Assembly (NCBI GenBank): GCA_015489565.1
Contig: WFZM01000004.1
Location: 1-34,117 of the forward strand
Length of the DNA stretch: 34,117 bases
Direction of reading: 5' to 3'
Origin: Patescibacteria group bacterium
Lineage (GTDB): Bacteria; Patescibacteriota; Minisyncoccia; Phycocordibacterales; UBA2100
A program made the position numbers and the translations under genes. Position 1 is the stretch's first letter. Every line of letters starts with the position of its first letter. The notes beneath the pieces were generated by a model. That model searched no databases, was not told the DNA's origin, and was given only the letters and a program-made list of their open reading frames with translations. Shown in pieces: positions 7,629-14,066 of this stretch.

Positions 7629-9515
7629 ATGGATATAAATACAATCAGAGAAAAATACATAAATTACTTTAAAGAAAAAGGACACAAAGAAATCCCGAGT
7701 GCTTCTTTAATACCTGAGAATGATCCAACCACACTTTTTACCGGCTCTGGAATGCAGCCACTTTTGCCATACCTTCTCGGTGAAAAACACCCTGAAGGCA
7801 AAAGGCTTGTGGATTCACAAAAAGCCTTTCGCGCAGAAGATATAGAAGAAGTGGGGGATAATCGTCATACAACTTTCTTTGAGATGCTTGGTAACTGGTC
7901 GCTAGGCGATTATTTCAAAGAGGAGCAACTTGAGTGGATTTTTGACTTTCTGGTAAATGAAATAGGCTTAAATCCGGAAAAGCTTTATGTTTCGGTATTT
8001 GCAGGTGAGGAAAAACTGGGCATAGAAAAAGATGAAGCGGCAGTTAAAAAATGGCAAGAGCTTTTTGCCTCCGTGGGCATAGAAGCAAAGGTGGCTTACA
8101 TAGGCTCAGAAGAAGATGGCTATGAAAGAGGTATAAAAGAGGGTGAGAGAATATTTTACTATGATAGCAAAAAAAACTGGTGGAGCCGTGCCGGAGTGCC
8201 CGAGAAAATGCCTGCAGGTGAGCCCGGCGGGCCTGATAGTGAGATTTTTTACGACTTTGGCGGCGAACATGACGAGAAGTTTGGCAAGCACTGTCATATA
8301 AACTGCGATTGCGGGCGCTTCATGGAGATAGGCAACTCCGTCTTTATGATGTACAAGAAAAACGAAGACGGGAGCTTCACTGAGCTGGAACAGAAAAACA
8401 TAGATTTTGGTGGTGGTCTGGAACGTATTGCCGCCGCCAAAAAAGAAGAGCCTGATGTATTTTTAGCTACAAATAGCTTGGCAAATATAATCAAAAAACT
8501 GGAAGAGTTATCCGGCAAGAGCTATGCGCAAAATCCGGAGCCGTTTCGTGTTATAGCAGACCATATACGTGCCGCGGTATTTTTGATAGCAGATGGAGCG
8601 TTGCCGTCTAATGTTGAACAGGGCTACTTCTCTCGCAGACTCATACGGCGCTCTATTCTCTTTGGAAATAAACTTGGCATAAAAGAGTTTACTCCGTCTT
8701 TTGTCGTAGATACCATAATAAACGACTACAAAAAGCACTACAGATATTTAGAAAATAAAAGAGATGAAATAGTAGAAGCGATAGAAAAGGAAGCCACTCA
8801 GTTCAGGCAAACACTTCAAAAAGGCCTTAAGGAATTTGAGAAGCGTCAAGGAGGCGATCTAATCAGTGCTGATGATGCTTTTGTACTTTTCACAACCTAC
8901 GGCTTCCCTATAGAGCTTATAGAAGAGATGGCAAAGGAAAAAGGTCTTACAGTGGACAAAGAGGGGTTTAAAAAGAAGATGCAGGAGCACAAAGAGCTTT
9001 CTCGCAAAGGAGCCGAGCAAAAATTTAAAGGCGGACTTGCAGACCATTCTGAAAAGACTACGGCATTCCATACAGCAACACACCTGATGCTTGCAGGACT
9101 TAGAAAATACCTGGGTGAGCATGTAACTCAAAGAGGCTCAAATATCACGGCAGAACGTGCACGCTTTGACTTTACGCACAATGAAAAAGTTCCTCGCGAA
9201 ATACTGGACAAGGTTGAAGACTATGTAAATGAGGCGATAGAAAAAGGAATAGATGTCACAATTGAAGAAATGAGCAAAGACAAAGCAAAAGAAAGTGGCG
9301 CAACGGGAGCTTTTTGGGAGAAGTATCCGGACACTGTGACTATTTACAATATAATAGACAAAGATGGCACGGAGTATTCCCGCGAGCTTTGCGGTGGCCC
9401 ACACGTCAAAAACACCCGCGAAATCGCCAAATTCGGCAAGTTTAAAATTAAAAAAGAAAGCTCATCATCCGCCGGGGTAAGGAGAATCAAAGCGGTTTTT
9501 GAGGAGGAGAGCTAA
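7629..9515 (+). CDS. alaS: alanine--tRNA ligase (lacks the C-Ala domain)
   Basis: Class II AlaRS N-terminus (FTGSGMQPLLPYLLG, RHTTFFEMLGNWSLGDYFK). Editing-domain motifs HTATHLM and CGGPHV. Ends at 628 aa just after GVRRIKAV. Confidence 0.92.
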   Translation: MDINTIREKYINYFKEKGHKEIPSASLIPENDPTTLFTGSGMQPLLPYLLGEKHPEGKRLVDSQKAFRAEDIEEVGDNRHTTFFEMLGNWSLGDYFKEEQLEWIFDFLVNEIGLNPEKLYVSVFAGEEKLGIEKDEAAVKKWQELFASVGIEAKVAYIGSEEDGYERGIKEGERIFYYDSKKNWWSRAGVPEKMPAGEPGGPDSEIFYDFGGEHDEKFGKHCHINCDCGRFMEIGNSVFMMYKKNEDGSFTELEQKNIDFGGGLERIAAAKKEEPDVFLATNSLANIIKKLEELSGKSYAQNPEPFRVIADHIRAAVFLIADGALPSNVEQGYFSRRLIRRSILFGNKLGIKEFTPSFVVDTIINDYKKHYRYLENKRDEIVEAIEKEATQFRQTLQKGLKEFEKRQGGDLISADDAFVLFTTYGFPIELIEEMAKEKGLTVDKEGFKKKMQEHKELSRKGAEQKFKGGLADHSEKTTAFHTATHLMLAGLRKYLGEHVTQRGSNITAERARFDFTHNEKVPREILDKVEDYVNEAIEKGIDVTIEEMSKDKAKESGATGAFWEKYPDTVTIYNIIDKDGTEYSRELCGGPHVKNTREIAKFGKFKIKKESSSSAGVRRIKAVFEEES

Positions 9516-9563
9516 TCTAAAACAATGACTTCAATTATTAGCACTTAATCGAAAAGCGTAAAT

Positions 9564-10481
9564 TTAACACCCGCCACCGCCGCAATCTCCATTTGGAATA
9601 ATACTACCGCCGCCGCTACTACTGCTTGACGAACTTTGAGTTCCGACTCCTATCGTTGAGCATGAACTACCACAGCACAATTGCATCTGAAGTACCATAT
9701 TGTTGAGTGTGGATAGGTAAGTTTTACCATTAGCTCTTCCTGTAAAAGCTAGAATCCCGTCTTGCTGCCAATTAGACCAGTGATTACCATCTCCGGCTAT
9801 CCTGTAAGCTATAGAACAAATCTCTCCACTACCTTGAATTTTGGCTCCAAACACAGCGTTGTTAGGCCTTGATAATTTTCTTGTTTTAGCGACTCCTCCT
9901 TCTTCAATACCGTCTTGTACTGCCGGAACACTGGCATGATGAGCCTGATTTATATCTGCAATAGTACTTCCATCCCACTGGTCTTGATTAATGGCGTATT
10001 CTATAGACATAGGAGCGGGTGCCTGTTGACACTCAAGCTTTAATTGAGCTTTACCGGGATTTACCCAAGAGCCGGGCGACTGAGTACTTGCTCCGGAATA
10101 CCACTGACTATCAAAGTTAGCCCATGGCGTACTTTCCCAATTAGACCAGCCGTTGGAATCTCCTCCTATTCTGTACCACAAACGGCACATTTTACTAGAA
10201 ACGGCATTGCTCTCACATATCCAAGCATTGTTTTTCCAGCCCAATTTTTTATCTGCACCCCAGCAATCCGGAGGTACAAGCTCGCCACCGGGCCCAACTC
10301 TGGAGTACAAATATTCAAAATTCTCCGCAATCTTTTTAGATTCAATCATGGCTCCGGATTGTATCCAATCTGTCCCATGCCAGACGGCATTCCAGGCAAA
10401 AGTAAATCCTGTTGCAAAAATAATTCCAATTAATAATCCTATAAAAATACTTTTGTTTAATTTACTTGGGGCTTTTTTCAT
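9564..10481 (-). CDS. secreted Cys/Trp-rich protein, paralog A (conserved mature N-terminus, variable C-terminal modules)
   Basis: ATG 10481 is preferred over TTG 10490. Signal peptide MKKAPSKLNKSIFIGLLIGIIFATGFTFA|WN. 63 aa are identical to paralog B. Two internal modules (CRLWYRIGGDSNGWSNWES and CSIAYRIAGDGNHWSNWQQ). Ser/Gly/Cys-rich tail. Confidence 0.7.
   Translation of the reverse strand: MKKAPSKLNKSIFIGLLIGIIFATGFTFAWNAVWHGTDWIQSGAMIESKKIAENFEYLYSRVGPGGELVPPDCWGADKKLGWKNNAWICESNAVSSKMCRLWYRIGGDSNGWSNWESTPWANFDSQWYSGASTQSPGSWVNPGKAQLKLECQQAPAPMSIEYAINQDQWDGSTIADINQAHHASVPAVQDGIEEGGVAKTRKLSRPNNAVFGAKIQGSGEICSIAYRIAGDGNHWSNWQQDGILAFTGRANGKTYLSTLNNMVLQMQLCCGSSCSTIGVGTQSSSSSSSGGGSIIPNGDCGGGGC
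10209..10397. repeat. left copy of a 189-bp inverted repeat (pairs with 13331-13519)
   Basis: Identical to the reverse complement of 13331-13519 at 186 of 189 positions by manual alignment (three transitions). Also visible as mirrored shadow ORFs 10153..10539 (+) and 13237..13521 (-) sharing a 64-aa identical peptide. Confidence 0.95.
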
Positions 10482-10489
10482 ATATGCCA

Positions 10490-10518
10490 ATTATCGCAAA
10501 TTAATTTGCTATGAGCAA
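10490..10518 (-). promoter_or_regulatory. promoter of paralog A (TTGCTC-17-GATAAT with TGc extension)
   Basis: The minus strand reads TTGCTC, a 17-nt spacer ending in TGC, then GATAAT. 8 nt to ATG 10481. Confidence 0.5.
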
Positions 10519-10553
10519 GAAGTTTTCCACAATGGATAAAAGCTTTTAAAAGT

Positions 10554-12005
10554 CTAGTGTTCGTTTTTCTTGAATACTCTTGAGATTTTACGCAATATAA
10601 AAAATAGACTAAGCAGCATAACGGCGAATAAAACGAATGTCATCTTAACCCCAAAACTTGTGGTATTTGTCGCGTCTTGTTTGTGTTTTGAAAGCTTGAC
10701 TCTGAAGTCTTCCCATGCTGCTTTCTCCGCTACGGCGTCAAAGGGCTGCTTTTCTCCCAAGCCGTCTTTGGTAGCGCTTATTTTCTCGCCTCCGTTTACC
10801 ACGACGCTGCCACCTCCGGCTTTGGCGCGATAGGAAATGCTCCCTTCAATAACTTTTAGAGTCGAGCTTTTGCCGTCGTCTTCCAAAACGAAAGTGGTGC
10901 CCTTTATTCCCAAAACCGCTTGGTTCATGGTAATGTCCATGCTGCCGTCCTTTATCATTCTTTTTATGTTTGCCCAGATTTTTCCGGCAACCATGCGAAT
11001 CTTGCTTTTCCTGCCAGGAGGAGTATCAAAAACAATGGTTGATTCTGGACAGAGTACAAAAGTGCTCATGTCGGCAAAAGAGATAATCGCTGAGCTATCT
11101 TCTTCAGTGTGGACAGCCTCGCCAACTTTTAAAATGTCGTCCATCTCGGCGATTCGCGAATCTTCCGGATCGCTGATAGGGTACACTATCACTTGTCCGC
11201 TAAGGTCGCTAAAACGCGCGCCGGAATCGCGTGCCAGCGCAAGCTCGCCTAAAATGAACGGCATAACTGTACGTTCCGTTTTTATTTTAGAGAGAGTTTC
11301 AAAACTCACGCCACATACATTTCCCTCCTCAAAGCCGTAGAACGGATCTTTTGTCTCTATTTTCAACGCTGGCATGTAACTATGGTGCGGCAGAACTGAG
11401 GCCTTCATAGGTCTGTCGTTCAGAAGAAGAAACTTTACTTCCTTGCCATCTATGACTTGCGCCTGTGCTTGAGGAGCTTTACCCATGCGATATGGCGGCA
11501 ACTCATAAAAGGTGCCTTCTGGCCCGCCGGTAAAACGAAAGCTGTACTCAACAGGTGCAAGCTCAGGCGCCTCTTTTGCCGGCTCGTATTGCAAGCGAGT
11601 CGTCTCGCCGGGGCTCTGCAACTGAGCTGGGAGCTTCTTCTCCACCGCTATCATTCCCGGACTTAGCTGGTACTGCAAGGTCAGCTTGGCTAATCCGTGC
11701 TCCGGGCGCCACAGCGGTAAAACTCCTTTACCCATTTCTCCAACATTGTAAAACTCAAGCCTGTAATCAACTCCGATAATGTCGACTATGTGTTGCCCCG
11801 GGTATATTTCTTTCTTGTAAAGCAGTTTGCCGTCTTTGACCTCGGCTTCGTAAGCGATTTGTTTATCCAAATGACCGCTCGCCACAAGTTTTGTAATGGA
11901 AACTTTCGGAGTGATGCTCGCCAGCGCCAAAAATGGCTTGAATAAAATAAGCAATATGACAATAGCAAAAATTTTATAGATAGATAGTGTTTTTGTGTAC
12001 TCCAT
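10554..12005 (-). CDS. FecR-domain protein with N-terminal signal peptide and C-terminal TM anchor
   Basis: FecR-like pattern (FSDLSGQVIVYP ... LKVGEAVHTEEDSSAIISFADMSTFVLCPESTIVF ... VLGIKGTTFVLEDDGKSSTLKVIEGSISY ... VVNGGEKISATKDG). N-terminal hydrophobic leader and C-terminal hydrophobic segment TFVLFAVMLLSLFFIL. Confidence 0.62.
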   Translation of the reverse strand: MEYTKTLSIYKIFAIVILLILFKPFLALASITPKVSITKLVASGHLDKQIAYEAEVKDGKLLYKKEIYPGQHIVDIIGVDYRLEFYNVGEMGKGVLPLWRPEHGLAKLTLQYQLSPGMIAVEKKLPAQLQSPGETTRLQYEPAKEAPELAPVEYSFRFTGGPEGTFYELPPYRMGKAPQAQAQVIDGKEVKFLLLNDRPMKASVLPHHSYMPALKIETKDPFYGFEEGNVCGVSFETLSKIKTERTVMPFILGELALARDSGARFSDLSGQVIVYPISDPEDSRIAEMDDILKVGEAVHTEEDSSAIISFADMSTFVLCPESTIVFDTPPGRKSKIRMVAGKIWANIKRMIKDGSMDITMNQAVLGIKGTTFVLEDDGKSSTLKVIEGSISYRAKAGGGSVVVNGGEKISATKDGLGEKQPFDAVAEKAAWEDFRVKLSKHKQDATNTTSFGVKMTFVLFAVMLLSLFFILRKISRVFKKNEH

Positions 12006-12157
12006 AACTCAAAAAATATTAAAGCTAAGTTAATACTAACATTTATGTAGTATAATTCAAACCATGATTTATAGTGGCAAGCAGATAAAATAATATTTTG
12101 TATGTTACAATGCACAGTACTTTAATAAACATTTAAATATTTAAAAAATAAAAACTT

Positions 12158-12304
12158 ATGAAAGTTAAAATTTTTGTGCTTATACTAATGGTTAATATAT
12201 TAACTTTTATTGCGCTTAGTCCACAGCAGTCTAAAGCCGCCCAGTTAAACTCATCGCAAATATCAGCCATAATAAACCTCCTTAGTACGATTCCAAATAT
12301 ATAG
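12158..12304 (+). CDS. candidate small secreted peptide (48 aa)
   Basis: Not in the ORF track (under 60 aa). MKVKIFVLILMVNILTFIALSPQQSKA|AQLNSSQISAIINLLSTIPNI has a textbook n/h/c signal peptide. TGtTACAAT box at 12103-12111. It overlaps an antisense 45-aa ORF, so it is uncertain. Confidence 0.35.
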   Translation: MKVKIFVLILMVNILTFIALSPQQSKAAQLNSSQISAIINLLSTIPNI

Positions 12305-12324
12305 AAGCAGAACAAATTTCAATA

Positions 12325-12609
12325 TTGGATAAGAAAAATTTTATTATAGGAGATTTTTGTTATATCTATACTCGCCGCTTATCTGACAACTCATTGAGTC
12401 TTAAGATGCCTCTTGGAGTTTACGCAACTGAATGTCGCGGGTTCACAACACGTGCAGGGGAAAAATATCGTATAAAATTAAAAGCTGTGGCTTGCGATAA
12501 ATCAGATACCAGTAGAATAGGTTTGGATGATAAGCTCGCTTGTGATTTAACAAAGGGGTCAAGACAGGATGTTTCGGGGTATTCAAACTGGTTTACTATT
12601 ACAGAATAA
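12325..12609 (+). CDS. hypothetical protein, possible orphan module related to paralog C-terminal domains
   Basis: TTG start; the next in-frame Met is codon 28. Contains EKYRIKLKA ... SGYSNWFTI, reminiscent of the YRI...WSNW modules in paralog A. No signal peptide. Confidence 0.3.
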   Translation: MDKKNFIIGDFCYIYTRRLSDNSLSLKMPLGVYATECRGFTTRAGEKYRIKLKAVACDKSDTSRIGLDDKLACDLTKGSRQDVSGYSNWFTITE

Positions 12610-12627
12610 AATAATGAGATTTATTAT

Positions 12628-13218
12628 ATGAATATAGCATGCACAACTATACCCTTGCGCAACTGTGAAGTTCGTGCTAGTATGCCCCAATGTCTGAAGG
12701 AATTAAAAAAAATAGGAAATTTTGCCCCAGAAGCCGTAGGTATTTCAGAATTACAGCAAATCAAACTAAAGGCTCGCAAGTGCTATCTACAAAAAGCCTT
12801 GTACGAGGATAATTTTGGCAATATAGAAGACTGGGCAGAGCTGTCGCTGGTCATCGGCGAAGAGCAATTTAGATTGGTTCAGAAAAGTATGCTGCAATTT
12901 ACTTATCTTATGCCGTATATAATGATAAACGAAAAAGAAGTACTAGTCTTGTTGGAATTTCACGAGTACTATAGCATGTTACAAACAGGAATTGGCTACA
13001 GCTTTCTTGTAAGTCTAGGAGAGCGCATTGAATTAATTAGTATATCTAACCCAAAACCAAAATATTCAGCACAGTTTCCGGACTTGACTACACTGCAAGA
13101 GTACAAGCGCAAAGGTAGGCTAATAATAAAGCTACAATCCCACCTTAAAAATCAAAAAATGGCAATGTTTATAGAACAGCCATATGCAAATGGGCTATTT
13201 GCGAATTACTTTCACTAA
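12628..13218 (+). CDS. hypothetical cytoplasmic protein
   Basis: 196-aa ORF with an ATG start, no signal peptide and no recognisable family. Confidence 0.5.
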   Translation: MNIACTTIPLRNCEVRASMPQCLKELKKIGNFAPEAVGISELQQIKLKARKCYLQKALYEDNFGNIEDWAELSLVIGEEQFRLVQKSMLQFTYLMPYIMINEKEVLVLLEFHEYYSMLQTGIGYSFLVSLGERIELISISNPKPKYSAQFPDLTTLQEYKRKGRLIIKLQSHLKNQKMAMFIEQPYANGLFANYFH

Positions 13219-13234
13219 AAACTAAAATCTCATA

Positions 13235-13243
13235 TGTTATAAT
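13235..13243 (+). promoter_or_regulatory. extended -10 promoter (TGtTATAAT), 9 nt before ATG 13253
   Basis: TG at 13235-13236 and TATAAT at 13238-13243. Confidence 0.55.
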
Positions 13244-13252
13244 TCCCAGTAT

Positions 13253-14020
13253 ATGAGATTTGTAAAAATAAGTAAAAAATTCTTTTTATCGTTATTGTTT
13301 GGACTGGGTCTTGCCGCGGGTTTTAGCTTCGCCTGGAACGCCGTCTGGCATGGGACAGATTGGATACAATCCGGAGCCATGATTGAATCTAAAAAGATTG
13401 CGGAGAATTTTGAATATTTGTACTCCAGAGTCGGGCCCGGTGGCGAGCTTGTACCTCCGGATTGCTGGGGTGCAGATAAAAAATTGGGCTGGAAAAACAA
13501 TGCTTGGATATGTGAAAGCACAAGCTTAAAAGGCTGTAAGTTGCGCTATAAACTAATAGACTCGGACGGAGTTGAATCTGATTGGGCCGAGACAGCTTTC
13601 GGTGGTGAAGGAGCCGGTGATTGGGTTTATGGCCCTTATTTGACTACTAATTATCTTGGAAAAAGCAAGTTAAAAGTGGGCTTATACTGTGAAGATTCCA
13701 ATCTTAAGATGGGTTATAAAATACGAGGGAATCGTGGCCCTTACTGGGATAACGGTATGACCGTTGTGGAATCCATAAAAGGACAGTGGGTAGACGGTGC
13801 ATGGAGTGGTACCGGGTCATACAGCTGTGCCATCAAAGGTGGAGACGGAGCTTGCGGATCTTCGGTAAAGGATTATGTAAGCAATGGCTGTACCACACTG
13901 GTAGAACTTGTAGACAATAGAGGTCGGGTTAGCACAGATACCGGTGTAGAGAGTACCAAGACACGAGCAGCTACTAGAGGATATGCCAAGTTCCGTATGG
14001 GTATAAAGTGTAGTAAATAA
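13253..14020 (+). CDS. secreted Cys/Trp-rich protein, paralog B
   Basis: Signal peptide MRFVKISKKFFLSLLFGLGLAAGFSFA|WN. Residues 27-89 are identical to paralog A. The C-terminus is divergent (CKLRYKLIDSDGVESDWAET ...). Confidence 0.7.
   Translation: MRFVKISKKFFLSLLFGLGLAAGFSFAWNAVWHGTDWIQSGAMIESKKIAENFEYLYSRVGPGGELVPPDCWGADKKLGWKNNAWICESTSLKGCKLRYKLIDSDGVESDWAETAFGGEGAGDWVYGPYLTTNYLGKSKLKVGLYCEDSNLKMGYKIRGNRGPYWDNGMTVVESIKGQWVDGAWSGTGSYSCAIKGGDGACGSSVKDYVSNGCTTLVELVDNRGRVSTDTGVESTKTRAATRGYAKFRMGIKCSK
13331..13519. repeat. right copy of a 189-bp inverted repeat (pairs with 10209-10397)
   Basis: See the left copy. The block starts at codon 27 (Ala of FA|WN) and ends at codon 89 (..WICES) of paralog B. 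Confidence 0.95.
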
Positions 14021-14051
14021 CAATAAATCTTAGAAAACAGCATTCTTATCA

Positions 14052-14060
14052 TGCTATAAT
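14052..14060 (+). promoter_or_regulatory. extended -10 promoter (TGcTATAAT), 6 nt before ATG 14067
   Basis: TG at 14052-14053 and TATAAT at 14055-14060. Confidence 0.55.
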
Positions 14061-14066
14061 ACTCTC

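Noticed and set aside
10380-10481. Type IV (pre)pilin interpretation of the GFTF / GFSF motif in paralogs A and B
   Set aside because: The hydrophobic stretch precedes the Gly instead of following it, and there is no Glu at +5. The leader is long and looks like an ordinary Sec signal peptide with an F-A|W cleavage site.
10153-10539. ORFs 10153..10539 (+) and 13237..13521 (-) encoding an identical 64-aa peptide (LSHIQALFFQPNFLSAPQQSGG...)
   Set aside because: They are antisense shadow frames of paralogs A and B. Their identity simply reflects the 189-bp inverted repeat. The sense frames have signal peptides and promoters, so these are not called as genes.
10523-10541. DnaA-box-like sequences TTTTCCACA / TTATCCATT overlapping upstream of the paralog A promoter
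   Set aside because: This is a single overlapping pair with mismatches to TTATCCACA. There is no cluster, no AT-rich unwinding element and no dnaA/dnaN context, so it is not enough to call an origin or a regulatory site.
9564-14020. Diversity-generating retroelement (template/variable repeat pair) as the explanation for the paralog repeat
   Set aside because: No reverse transcriptase ORF is present in the window. The repeat lies at the 5' (mature N-terminal) end, not the 3' variable end. The three mismatches are transitions (C/T, C/T, A/G), not an adenine-specific pattern.
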